A stretch of DNA of 64,000 bases from assembly GCA_009914755.4 (NCBI GenBank), contig CP068257.2, positions 44,384,001-44,448,000 of the forward strand, in the 5' to 3' direction. The position numbers and the translations under genes are program-made. Of the stretch, positions 1 through 12,679 are shown in pieces. Origin of the DNA: the human T2T-CHM13v2.0 reference genome, Homo sapiens. How positions within the stretch are numbered: the first letter of the stretch is position 1; every line of letters starts with the position of its first letter. Under the pieces are notes generated by a model. It had not been told where the DNA came from. It made no database searches and saw only the letters and a list, made by a program, of their open reading frames with translations.

Positions 1-229
1 ACGGAGCCGAACAGTATCACCTGCTTCAAGAAGGGAAGTGCCTTGATCCCTGAACCATCCTCCAAGCTGGTGGCCACACTGTGCTTCTCACCTGTGGCCT
101 CCCAGGTCAGGAGGAGAGGCTAGGACCCCCTTTTGTTCTGGACGTTCCCCACACAGAACAGCTCAACTTTGAAAAAATAGGAAAGAAACCTTAGCCCATC
201 AGGCCCACACTTGTTCCCAGTTTAGAAAA

Positions 230-368
230 GTGATGTTTCAGATCATCACACCAAGTCTCCAGATAGGAGGGCAAAGCCAGTCACCCTGATGCTCTGAGTG
301 GTGTTTCAGATCATCACACGAAGCCTCCAGATAGGAGGGCAAAGCCTGTCACCCTGATACTCTGAGTG
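230..368. repeat. Tandem duplication, 2 copies of ~70 bp (GTGATGTTTCAGATCATCACACCAAGTCTCCAGATAGGAGGGCAAAGCC...)
   Basis: Two adjacent near-identical ~70-bp copies read directly at 230-300 and 301-368. Confidence 0.9.
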
Positions 369-1930
369 GTCAGAGACCCCAGTCCTTCCTGGACCATCCA
401 CAGCATGGCTCCTTGACTCCTAGGTCAGAGCAGGCTCCTGCCTCTTCCTGGCCCCTCCTGTCCTGGTGCAGGAGGAGCTGGGACCCACTGGCCTCAAGAA
501 GGCAGGGGGTTGGCAGGAGGCACAGAGCCCCGGGATCTCAGGCCTGTCAGGAGGGTCTTCCCCTGCAACCATCAATCCTGATCCAGAACCGTGGGGGCAG
601 TGCCAGGCCTGCGCTCTCTCCTTGGGAGCCTCTGGCTGCAGTTCCCTCCCAGGAAGGGTCCTCAAGGGGACAGGGACCCAGGGGGTCTGAGGGGGCTTTG
701 GGGCCTAGCAGACTGTGGGGGTCCCAGGTGTCTCCCCAGCGCCCGCTGCCAGCCTCCACCAGCTCCCCTGTGAGGCCAGCCCCACCCGCCCACCTCAAAA
801 GCTACCCTAGATCCAACAGCCTGAGCTGGGGACATACAGGGCCTATTTGCCCACCTCGGGACCCCTGTAGCTGAGTGCCATCCTAACCACCATCCATCAC
901 CGGGGGTTGGGGGTGGACGGAGGCCTGAGGCCACTTTTGTTTTTCCTCCTGCCACTGCAGCTACGATAGCCCAACGCCGCGCAACGATGACAAACGACCT
1001 CAGCTGTGGCTTTGCTGTGACCCTTTCCTGGACAGCACCAGTGCTGGGGTCCTCACTTTCCTTTTTTGGATTTTGTTTCTCCTTGTTATGTTCCACTTTT
1101 AATCTTTCGAGATGTGTTGTCTTCCACGCATGTTTGCAGACAGCAGTACTCACGTTTCCAAACCCAATCCAATCATCTTTGCTCTTTATGGAAAAGTTAA
1201 ACACATTCATATTTCAGACAAATGATATTTGGCCTTTTCAAGGCATTTTTTATGCTACGATTATGGAAGCATGTGGAGGGGTTGTTTCCATTCCATCCAA
1301 GGTCAGTTTGCCTGTGCGGTTCCCTGACCCCCGCCCGAGGGAGACCTCCGGGTTGGTGAAATGACTGAGCACAGGTGTCCTCCCACCCTCCGCGCTGGCT
1401 GGTCCGCCAGCACTTTCTGCAGAGACAGCTTCTAGATGGCAGCGCTCCCCACACAGGTTGCAGACCATGTCCCTCTCCTTCTCGCAGCTCCAGGTGGTGA
1501 TGCCTCAGGCCCTGCAGGCTGGGGACCACATCTTGAGTGAGGGTGCGGTGTCGCCTCAGGGACATGAGTTAAACTGTGAGAGACGCCCCCTCACACCCCT
1601 AAAAGGCTGAAGCTGGACTGGCAGCACCAGCGCCGGCAGTCTGCAAGGATGTGGGGTGACTGCAGCCCTCTTGCGGGCTGTGAGGTGCAGCTGCTTTAGA
1701 ATCTCCCCTCCGTTTCTCAAAGCCCAGTACGCACTTGCCCACCTCAGCCAAGCTCCTGAGCGTTTGCCCAGATAGGTGAAACACAGAACTCATGCGCAAG
1801 TCCGGAGAGACGCGCACGGATGTTCACAGCAGCTTCGGTTGGTGAGTGGACTGGGAGCAGTTCCGCCCCCACCCAGCCAGCTTGAAACAGGAGGCTGAGC
1901 CTCCAGTGAGGTGTCGACGCATTGATTTCA

Positions 1931-2412
1931 GCTGTGAGACCCCAGCACAGGCCCCAGCTGAGCCGCGACCAGGCGTCTGACCACAGAGCCGGCGAGATGG
2001 CACGTTGGTGCCGCTGAGACCCCAGCACAGGCCCCAGCTGAGCCGTGACCAGACATCTGACCACAGAGCAGGCGAGATGGCACGTTGGTGCCGCTGAGAC
2101 CCCAGCACAGGCCCCAGCTGAGCCGTGACCAGGCGTCTGACCACAGAGCCGGCGAGATGGCACGTTGGTGCCGCTGAGACCCCAGCACAGGCCCCAGCTG
2201 AGCCGTGACCAGGCGTCTGACCACAGAGCAGGCGAGATGGCACGTTGGTGCCGCTGAGACCCCAGCACAGGCCCCAGCTGAGCCGTGACCAGGCGTCTGA
2301 CCACAGAGCCGGCGAGATGGCACGTTGGTGCCGCTGAGACCCCAGCACAGGCCCCAGCTGAGCCGCGACCAGGCGTCTGACCACAGAGCCGGCGAGATGG
2401 CACGTTGGTGCA
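1931..2412. repeat. Minisatellite, ~80-bp unit x ~6 (GCTGAGACCCCAGCACAGGCCCCAGCTGAGCCGTGACCAGGCGTCTGACCACAGAGCCGGCGAGATGGCACGTTGGTGCC)
   Basis: GCTGAGAC recurs at about 1931, 2013, 2093, 2173, 2253 and 2333. The 202-226 aa minus-strand ORFs here are repeat translations. Confidence 0.9.
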
Positions 2413-2832
2413 GCTCTGAGGCATTGCTTCAATACACGGTTGTGTTAGAATGAATACGCCTCATCTTTATCCCCAACCCTGTGAGCTCTTCCCATATTTC
2501 TAGTAGACTTTTCCCTCCCTCCCCCAACCCCTTGCTCCTGGAATGGAGCCACCATTCACCCAAGGTGGGTGCCCCTCCTTTCTTCCACGCGGAGTGGGGG
2601 CAGCTCCTTTGATGGCTGGTTTGCACGTCGACCATCCCTTCCCATAGGTCTCCTGGGGAAGTGACACCTTCCCTCCTCCTGTCAGCCCCAGGACCGACTG
2701 GCCCCACACACAGACCCGCGCAGGAGCAGCAGGGTCTGGACCCCAGGCAGTTTGGTCCATCCTGGGCTTAGGGGGCCTCCTGCTGATCTTCATTCTCTTC
2801 CTTGGAGAGGACAGGGCAGGAGCAAACACCTC

Positions 2833-3008
2833 CAAGGGAGTGACCTCTTCACAGAGTGACCTCTCCAAGGGAGTGACCTCCTCACGGGAGTGACCTCTCC
2901 GGGGGAGTGACCTCCTCACGGGAGTGACCTCTCCGGGGGAGTGACCTCCTCACGGGAGTGACCTCTCCGGGGGAGTGACCTCTTCACGGGAGTGACCTCT
3001 CCAAGGGG
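2833..3008. repeat. Minisatellite, ~37-bp unit x ~5 (GGGAGTGACCTCCTCACGGGAGTGACCTCTCCGGGG)
   Basis: Direct tandem copies of GAGTGACCTC(C/T)TCAC and GAGTGACCTCTCC visible in the sequence. Confidence 0.85.
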
Positions 3009-3121
3009 GGGTGTGTGCATGTGTGCACGTGTGTGCATGTGTGTGCGTGTGTGTACGTTTGTGCGTGTGTGTACATGTGTACGTATGTGTGCATGTGTGT
3101 GCGTGTGTGACTGCATGTGAG
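3009..3121. repeat. TG-rich microsatellite-like tract (TGTGTGCA / TGTGCGTG variants)
   Basis: Alternating purine-pyrimidine GT/GC/AT-rich run that directly abuts the 37-bp array. Confidence 0.85.
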
Positions 3122-4074
3122 GATGTCTGCCTCCAAAAGTGGGGGTAACAATAGTGTGCAGCCTGTTCTTGTTCCTGACTTTGGCAGAAACGCCAAAAGT
3201 GTGTCCCACTAAGACACTGTTTTTCTATTTGTCCATAAAAATGAGGAAATAAATCTTGTTTTTCATAGATGGAGATGATTATATAATTAGCACCTTTGAA
3301 ATCGTGGAAGCCTGGTGATTTGGGGTCAGGGATCGAAGGGAGCAGTTCTGATTTTTGTATGTGAATGTGTCTGCTTAGATTTTCTATATTTACTTAGTTA
3401 ATTTCAGTCAGTCATATAAAACTGTCTTTTCTTTCAGGTTTTTCAGTGTTTGGGTCCGGTGTTACAGTAATCTTCTAAGATTTTTTTCCCCTTCTTATAG
3501 GAAATCACTTGGTGATTAGGCCACCAAGAACATCATTCTGACAATCATCGGAATTTTAATATGTCTGTGAATTGGATGATGGCATTGTATCAGTGGTATC
3601 AATGTTAAATTCCTGATTTTGAGCACTGTATGTGGTTATGTAAGAGAATGTTCTTGTTTTTAGGAAACACATACTGAAGTATTTAGGAATAAAATAATAC
3701 TGACTCCACTCAGCGACGGGATTAGCTTTTGTTTAGTAGTTTCAATAAGCAACTTTGCAAATGTGCAATGGCCACAATGTTTTTAACAAAGGTTCCATTT
3801 GGAATAAATTTGCTAATACCACTTAAGTAAGAAAATGGGGTGTGTAAAGTAAAAATTCTAACACATAACTAACATATTTTGGTGTGTATTTTTACAGCAG
3901 TTCCATGTCTATTGTTTTCTGAATATCCAGAGTAACCCAGAATGTTCTAAAATGTAGGAGGAAAACACAGGACCTCACACAAGCTGCAGACTAAGTTTCT
4001 CTTGGGAAAAAAAGTGATAAATGTTACTAAATTACTGACACCCCCCTAACAAAGTTTGAAAAAATCGAGTTTTA

Positions 4075-5160
4075 CTGATGGTGCACTGCCATGTTTATTT
4101 CTTCACACTCCCATAGCTATGAACATTGTACATAGTCCTTGTGTGGACACATACTTTCATTTCTTTGGGTAAATACCTAACAGTGGAATGGCTGTGTTAT
4201 ATGGTAGTTACTATTAACTTTTTAAGAAATAGCCAAATTGTTTCCAAAGTGATGCTACCATTTAACCTCCTCATCAGCAGTGTATGAGCACTGCTTCACA
4301 CCCTCAGCAACGCTTGGTCGGATCAGTCCTTTAAATTTCAGCCACTCTCACAGATGTGTAGTGGTGTCTCGCTGTGCTTTCATTTGTATCTCCCTAATTA
4401 CTAATGCTGTTGAGAATTTGTCATGTGCTTATTTGCCATCCATATTTTTTTTTGTTAAGTGTCTCTTTAAATCACTTGCCCATTTAAAAACATTGTTAGT
4501 TTTCTTACTATTGGGTTTTGAGAGTTTTTAATTATGTTCTAGAAAAGTGACTTTAGTCAGATGCATGATTTCAATAGTTTTTTTGCCAACCTTGTTTTCA
4601 TTCTCATAACAATGTATTTCAAAGAACAGAAGTTTTTAATTTTGATGAAGTCCATCTCATCTTTTTGTTTAATGAATCCTGCTTTTCATATATGTAAGAG
4701 CTCTTTGCCAAGCCCAATATTTTCCTCTGTAAGTTTCATAGTTTCAGGTTTTAAATGCTCTGTTTTGAATTAATAATTGCATATGGTACAAGATATGGAT
4801 CCAAGTTCATCTTTTTTCAAGTGGATGTCCAATTGTTCCAGCACCATTTGTTGAAAAAACTATCATTTCTTTGCTGATTTTTATTAGCTCCCTGGTTAAA
4901 AAAATTAGTTGTGAATATACATTAGGATTTATTTCTGGACTCTATGCTGCTCCATTGATCTATTTGTCTATCTTATGCCAATATTACACTGTCCTGATTA
5001 CTGTGGCTTTACAAGTCTTGAAATTACAGAGTGTTAATTTTCCAATGCTGTTGTCCTTTTTCAAAGTTGTTTTGGCTATTCTAGGTCACTTGAATTCCCA
5101 TATGAATTTAAAATCAGCTTGTCAATTTTTATAAAATAGCCTGTTGGAATTTTGATTGAA
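4075..5160 (+). mobile_element. LINE-1 fragment (ORF2 C-terminal to 3' region), old L1M/L1P-like
   Basis: Recognisable L1 segments such as CCAGCACCATTTGTTGAAAAAACTATCATTTCTT, TTTATTTCTGGACTCTATGCTGCTCCATTGATCTATTTGTCTATC and TACACTGTCCTGATTACTGTGGCTTTA. AT-rich. Confidence 0.75.
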
Positions 5161-5207
5161 TCAGCAGACCACTTTGGGGATAACTGACCACTTAACAGTA
5201 ACGATGG

Positions 5208-5440
5208 ACACAGTTGACTTAGTTCATTCTGTGTTGTTATAAAGGGATATCTGAGGCTGGGTAATTTATAAAAGAAAGAAGTTTATTTAGGTCATGGTTC
5301 TGAAGGATGTATAAGGAGTATAGAGATGGAATCTGCTCAGCTTCTTTTGTACAGCTTTAGAACATGGTGGAGAAAGTCAGAAAGGAAGCGAGCACATGCA
5401 AAGGGGAACCAACCCTGATGTGCATCCTGACTTTATAGCC
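5208..5440 (-). mobile_element. MaLR LTR fragment (THE1/MST-like), reverse orientation
   Basis: TTCTGTGTTGTTATAAAGGGATATCTGAGGCTGGGTAATTTATAAAAGAAAGAAGTTTATTTAGGTCATGGTTCTG is the reverse complement of the canonical MaLR LTR 3' end. Confidence 0.6.
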
Positions 5441-5519
5441 ACCCACTCTCTCAGGAACTGGTGCATTCATCCAGAACCAATCCAGTCACCTTACAGACAA
5501 ACATGCAGACCACAGCAAC

Positions 5520-7625
5520 AGTATAATTCTCCATTTATTTGGATCTTATTTATCTCAGCAATGTTTTATAAGTTTCAGTGTATAGGTTTTGCTTATATTT
5601 GTATAGATTTATACCCTAAGCAGATCATATTTTATGTCAATATTGTAAATGGTAATTTTAAATTTCAATTTATAAGTATTTGTTAATAACAGATAGAAAT
5701 ACAATTGATTTTTGGATTTTGAGCTTGTGTCCTGCAACACCACTAAACTTATTATTTGTAGCAGCTTTAAAAAGATTCCATTGGGCTTTCTATATAGATG
5801 ATCATATTGTCTATAAATAAAGACAGTTTTACTTCTGTTATTCCACCTTAGATGACTCATTTCTTTTTCCACCTTGTTGCACTGGCTAGAACCCCTATTC
5901 CAATATTAAAAAGAAGCAGTGAAAGTGGCCATCCTTGTCCCGATCTTAGAGTTTCCCACTAAGCATAATGTTAGCTACAGGTTTTTCAGAGATGCACTTT
6001 AACAAGTTGAGGTACTTCCCTTCTATTTTGTGTTTGTTCAGAGTTAGGGTTTTTTTTTTATTTTAATAAAGAACAGATACTGGATTTTATCAAATGCTTT
6101 TTCTGCATCTTTTGAAATAATCACAATTTTTCTCTTTTCTAGTTTGTTAATATGGTGAATTACAGTAGTTGATTTTCAGAACTTAAACCATCTTGTAATG
6201 TTCATTTATTTACAAATTTTTTAATGTTTTGTTCTGAGATAATTGTAGATTTCCATGCAGTTGTAAGAAACAATACAGAAAGATTCTGTATACCCTTTAC
6301 CCAGTTTCCCCCAACATTAGCATCTTGCAAACCTATAGTACAATGGCACAAACAGGATATTGACATCAACAGGACCATGATAAAGAACAATTCCATCACC
6401 ACGAGGATCCTCTGTGTGGCCCTTTTGTAGCCATACCCACTTTTCTCCCACCTCAATCCCCTCCACTACTGGCAACCACTAATCTATAGTCCATCTCTAT
6501 AATTTCATCATTTCAAAACTGTTATATGAATGGAATCATACTATCTGATCTTTTTGGATGGATTTTTTCACTCAGCATAACTCTTTGAAAATTTATCCAT
6601 GTTATTTCAAGTATCAATAGTTCATAATTCTCTGAAAATTTATCCAGGCTATTTCAAGTATTAATAGTTCATTTCTTTTTATTGCTGAGTAGTCTTTCAT
6701 GGTATGAATGTACCACAATTTGTTTAACCATTCATCTGCTGAAGGATATCTAGGTTGTTTCCAGTTTTTACCTATTATGGATAAAGCCACTATAAGCATT
6801 TGTGTATAGGTTTTTGTATGAACATAAATCTTCATTTCTTTGGGATAAAATCCCAGGAGTACAAATGTTGGGTCATATGGTAGTTGTATGGTTAGTTTTT
6901 TTTAAAACTTCCAAATTATTTTCTAGAGTGGCTGTATCATTCCCTCTAGCATTATGTTGATCCAATTTCTCCACATTCTTGTCAGAATTTGGCATTGATT
7001 ATAGCCTTTATTTTAACCATTCTGATAGATGAGTAATGATATCTCATGGTTTCGATTTGCATTTCCCTGATGGATAATAATGTTGACACATTCTCATGTG
7101 ACTATTTGCAATTGATACATTTTCTGTAGTGAAATATTTCTTCATGTATTTTGCCCAGTTCCTAATTGAATTGATTCTTTCTGTTGAGTTTTGAGAGTTC
7201 TTTATATATTCTAATACTAGTCCTTTGTCAGATAAGTGATTTGCAAATATTCTCTATAATTCTGTAGTCTTTTTATCCTAATAGACTCTTTCACTGAGCA
7301 AAACTTTTCAATTTTGATAAAATAAAGTATAATGTATAATTTTTTTTCCTTTTATGTATTGTATTTTGGTGTCAAGTCTAAGAATACTTTGTCTAGCACT
7401 AGATCCTGAAAAAATTTTCTATGTTTCCAAAAGTTTTATACTTTTATATTTTTCATCTGGTTCCACAACCCATTTTGAATTAATTTTTATATAAGTTGTG
7501 GCTTAGGTCAAGTTTCGTATTTTTGCTTATGGACATCCAATTACTCCAGTACCATCTGTTGAAAAGCAGTTTTCCTCCACTGAATTGTTTTTGCATCTTT
7601 GTGCAAAACTGAGTACTTTTTCAGC
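5520..7625 (+). mobile_element. LINE-1 fragment (ORF2 C-terminal part through 3' UTR), old L1M family
   Basis: Matches L1 consensus motifs throughout, for example CCTGCAACACCACTAAACTTATTATTTGTAGCAGC, GTGGCCATCCTTGTCCCGATCTTAGAG, TTTTCTGCATCTTTTGAAATAATCACAAT, AATTGTAGATTTCCATGCAGTTGTAAGAAACAATACAGAAAG, GGGTCATATGGTAGTTGTATGGTTAGTTTTTTT and GATTTGCATTTCCCTGATGG. Confidence 0.8.
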
Positions 7626-7704
7626 TCTGCCCTCTCTTGCTTCTTTCCTTGTGAGACCCTGGTGGCATGCATGTCAGATCTTCAGTCAGTCCCACAGGTC
7701 CTAA

Positions 7705-7941
<237 letters not shown>

Positions 7942-8706
7942 TGAACCATCTACTGAGCTTTTTATTTTGGTTACTATAGTTTTCAATTATAAAATTTCCA
8001 TTTGATTCTTCTTTACATCTTCTATTTATTTGATAGGACTTTCTATTCCATTGCTTTGTTGAGGCTATTTTTTTTTCATTTGTTTCAAGAATGTTTGTAA
8101 TTGTTTGTTGAGGCGGTCTTATCATCACTATTTTAAACCCTTTGTTAGATAATTTTAGTATCTGTCATCTCAGCACTGACATTTTTGGCTGTCTTTTTCA
8201 TTCAGTTTGAAATCTTCCTGGTTCTTGGTATGGTTAGTAATTTTTTATTGAAACCTGGACATTTTTATACTATGTTATGAGACTCTGGATCTCATTTAAA
8301 AACTTGTTTTAGCTGGCTTTCTTTGACACTGGTCTAGCAAAGGGAGGGAGGGAGGCACTACCTTGTTACTGCCAGGTGGAAGCAGAAATCCAGGCTCCCA
8401 CTAAGGCCTGTATTGATACCCAAGAGGAAGGGGGTAACTTGTTACTTCTGGATGGTGGCAGGATTTCTGGCTCACCATGTGGTCTCCACTGATTCCACTC
8501 TAGGGGAAGCCTCATTACTGTTGAGTCATGGTGGAGGTCTTAACTCCTCACTAAGCCTCCTCCACCTCACCCCACTGGGGAGGTAAAGGCTTACTTTATT
8601 ACTGCTGAGTAGGAGTGGAGGTTTAGGTTGTTTGTGGTTTCCACTGAACTGTGAGGTGTGGGGTGTCATGCCTTATGATCAACTGGTGGGGATAGAAATA
8701 CTGGCT

Positions 8707-8766
8707 CTCTACTTGGCATGTGACATCATTCTCATGCTCTACTTGGCATGTGACATCATTCTCATG
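8707..8766. repeat. 30-bp direct tandem duplication (CTCTACTTGGCATGTGACATCATTCTCATG x2)
   Basis: Two exact adjacent copies. The duplication produces the repeated ENDVTCQV in the 67-aa minus-strand ORF. Confidence 0.9.
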
Positions 8767-9199
8767 AGCATGAAAATTTAGGCTCCCCAACTTGGGCTTT
8801 GCTTGCATAGGTGAGGGTGAGGCCACAAAGTTTCTGTCTTCCTAGGTTGTTCCTATCCTGGTCCTCTGGCTAGAAACAGTAAACTCTTATTAGGGATATT
8901 TTTGTCTGCCCTTTGGTGTTTCTAGGTTTCCAGCTTCTTCAGCTCCATATCTGGGATATACAAGGGAAAAGGAAAACCCAGGGAGCTCAACACCATATCA
9001 TTCTTCAAAGTCCCATGTTCCTAGCAGATCTGCCTTCTTTGCTCCACCTTTCAGAATATTTTTCTATTTGTTTCACATATAATTTTCAGGGTCTTTTTGT
9101 TGTACTTGGCAGGAGGAATAGGGAAAAGCATATCTACGCCAGGTCCCAGAGAGGAAGTCTGTTCCATGTGGTTTTATTGCTATGTTATTTGGTGCATTA

Positions 9200-9494
<295 letters not shown>

Positions 9495-9842
9495 TCATGA
9501 TCAATATACAGTGCTGTTTTAACTCACTTCATAATTTATGTCTTGAATTTAATCTGCCTTTGTTTCTCTAGGTTTTAATGTGCCCTTTCTGAATCACTTT
9601 GTTGTGGATGAATTTCTTATTTACTTGGACTTTACTACATCTTTCAATAGGTAAGTATATTTAATTTGCATTTGACACATTTTGTTTTAATGCCAGCATT
9701 TTACATTTTCTATTTATAATGTTTTATTTTCTAACTCTCACTGTATGAACTTCTTTCAGAAGTGGGATGTTTTCCTTATGGTGATCTGAAAGGGTTACAC
9801 TGTTCAATTATTCCACTTTTTTCTTTCATATATTATACCCTA

Positions 9843-10235
9843 TATTAGTCTCCCTGGGCTACAATAACAAAGTACCACAGACTGGGTGACTTAAACAACA
9901 GAAATTTACTTTCTCTCACAGTTCCGGAGACTGGAAGTACATCAAGGTGCCAGCATAGGTGATTTCTGGTATAGGGGAGGATCTCTTCCTGGCTTGAAAA
10001 CAGTGGCTCTCTTGCCAGGTTCACACATGGAAGGAGATTGTGAGGGTATAGAAAAATATTTGGTGTCTCTAAGGACACTGCTCCTATCAGATCAGTGCCT
10101 GACCCTTATGACCTCATTTAACCTCAATTACTTCCTGTTTTAAATACGGCCACACTGGAAGTTAGGGCTTCAACATACAAATTTGAGAGAGGAGGAGGCA
10201 CAAGCATTCAGTCCATAAAACACCCCAACACTCTT
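9843..10235 (-). mobile_element. MaLR LTR (MLT1-like), reverse orientation
   Basis: Begins TATTAGTCTCCCTGGGCTACAATAACAAAGTACCACAGACTGGGTGACTTAAACAACAGAAATTTAC, the reverse complement of the MaLR LTR 3' terminus. Internal similarity to MLT1 is also visible. Confidence 0.6.
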
Positions 10236-10368
10236 TTTGTAGATTTAGCACTTTAGACAATGTCTATTGAACATATACGTTAAAAGATAAGAAAAGCAGC
10301 AGACCTTCTCTTACCTACTTTTCTCACCTCTCCTCCTCTTACCTACTTTCTGATCTTTCCTGATTATA

Positions 10369-10660
10369 ATTTTTTTTTTTTTGACAGAGTCCTGCTCTGT
10401 TGCCCAGGCTAGAGTGCAGTGGCATGATCCTGGCTCACTGCAACCTCTGCCTCCGTGTTAAGCAATTCCCCTCCCCCAGCCTCCCAAGTGGCTTGGACTA
10501 CAGGTGCACGCTGCCACTCTGGGCTAATTTTTTGTATTTTAGTAGAGATGGGGTTTCATCATGTTGCCCAGGCTGGTCTTGAACTCCTGAGCTCAGGCAA
10601 TCTGCTGGCCTCAGCTTCCCAAAGTGCTGGGATTACAGGCGTTAAGCCACCGTGCCCAGC
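10369..10660 (-). mobile_element. Alu, full length, minus orientation
   Basis: Poly-T then GACAGAGTCCTGCTCTGTTGCCCAGGCTAGAGTGCAGTGGCATGATC..TTCCCAAAGTGCTGGGATTACAGGCGTTAAGCCACCGTGCCCAGCC. Confidence 0.9.
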
Positions 10661-12059
10661 CAATTCATTCTCATTTTTATTTTAGTTCTTCCTATGGCTC
10701 CCTTTAGAACTGTTACTTCTTGATGTTTTTCCAACTTAGAAACTATCTGTGCCTTCCCACTGTGAAAGACCAGTATTCTAATACACTTACACTCCTTTCC
10801 CCAAACCTCCTGATTTGTCAACTTCACCTCATAAGGATTTATGTCATTTTCTTCCGAGACTATCTAAAAGTTGTTGAGACTTGGCTTTCCAAGCTGGCAA
10901 CCCCAGCCCTAATTCATAAGGAATCACCATGGGTCTGGTGGGGGCAGGAGGAAGTAAGGTGAGAAAGGCCACAATTCCTCTGAAATTCCCACCTCCTTTC
11001 CCATCTCCTTCAGCCCTCTCCTTTTAGAGGAATCATTGGGGGGCAGAGAGGGGGGCATTCCCTTGGGCTCTGACTTCTGTCCTCTCCCACTGCAGCTTCC
11101 AGGCAGAGTGGAGGCAGGTGCTGCTTTGATGCAAGGAGCTGATTTCCCTTCCTCCACTTTCAACAGTAAAGGCTGTTGCTGTTTGTCTTTTCTTGCTCAA
11201 ACCGTTGTGGTTCATATCCTTGGGTGTGAGGGTAGTGAGACAGGGGGCTTCACCCAGCTCCCTAAACCAGAAATCACTGACAATTCTTCACAAGTACAGA
11301 GTAGGTGCTATGGTCCCTAAATTACTGAAGAGAAAACTGGGACTAGGGGAGGTGACTTGACTTTCTCCAGGCCCTCAGGCAGTGGATGGTGGGGCTATAA
11401 CATGGAGCCTTCTCCCTCCTTGTCCTGTGCTTTTCCTTCTCCAGTTGGGTAGAGACAGAAACATTTTCTAACCACAAAATTAAGAGAGCTTCATTCACCA
11501 GAGGTGTCTTGGTGGAAAGAGCTCTCATTTTCTTTGTAAAAATTCGACAAGTACTGAGATGAAGGGCAAAAGTGTTGGCACCCATTCTCCTCATTATGGC
11601 TACTTCAGAAAAGGGAGTTGGCATAGGTGTACCTACAATGAACTGAAGAGTTTACAGTCACTAGGGGAAATGTGGGAGGGAAGAGAAAATGCTGAGGCTG
11701 TGGAGGGGTTAAGTCTGGGGGATAGCAAAGTGGACTTCAGAAGTCCAGGTACATCTTAGTGTTTCACAACATGAATACCCTCCGCCAGCACCCCATGTAG
11801 CAGAAAGCTTTTGAGGAGTGCCACATTGTAGAGTTCTGCACCCAGGTGAATATAGGGCAGGACTGCCTACAGCATACAGACCCTGGTCCTAAGACGTGAA
11901 ATCAGGAGGAGAGTCTTCATGAAGTAGAAGACCCCCCCACCCCACCCCAGGAGAACGCTGGACTTTGACATGCCTAGACTCAAAGCCAAATGTATCTGGC
12001 TCTTTGAAGGAAGAGCAGAACTTGAACTTGACAGCTTCCTTGCTTTAGTCCTTGTTACT

Positions 12060-12300
12060 GTGCCAGAGGCGGCACAGTGCTGAGGTTAAGAGCATAGGCT
12101 CTGGAGCTGACCTGCATAGACTCAGATCTCAGCCGTCAGGGCCTCCATTTGCTCATCTCTGATGTGGGAGTAATAACATCACCCATGGCAGAATGCTGTC
12201 CTGAGGGTTCAAGTGATCTTTGCAATGCACTTAGACCAGTGCCAAGGGCGTGGTAAGTACGATGGGAAGTATTTAAATACAATGTGTAAAGCTGGATAAA
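12060..12300 (+). mobile_element. MIR (mammalian-wide interspersed repeat) fragment
   Basis: ACAGTGCTGAGGTTAAGAGCATAGGCTCTGGAGCTGACCTGCATAGACTCAGATCTCAGC..CCTCCATTTGCTCATCTCTGATGTGGGAGTAATAACATCACC..CTTAGACCAGTGCCAAGGGCGTGGTAAGTA resembles the MIR consensus. Confidence 0.65.
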
Positions 12301-12332
12301 AGTGTCTATCGCATGGCTATAAGATGAGGTGA

Positions 12333-12679
<347 letters not shown>

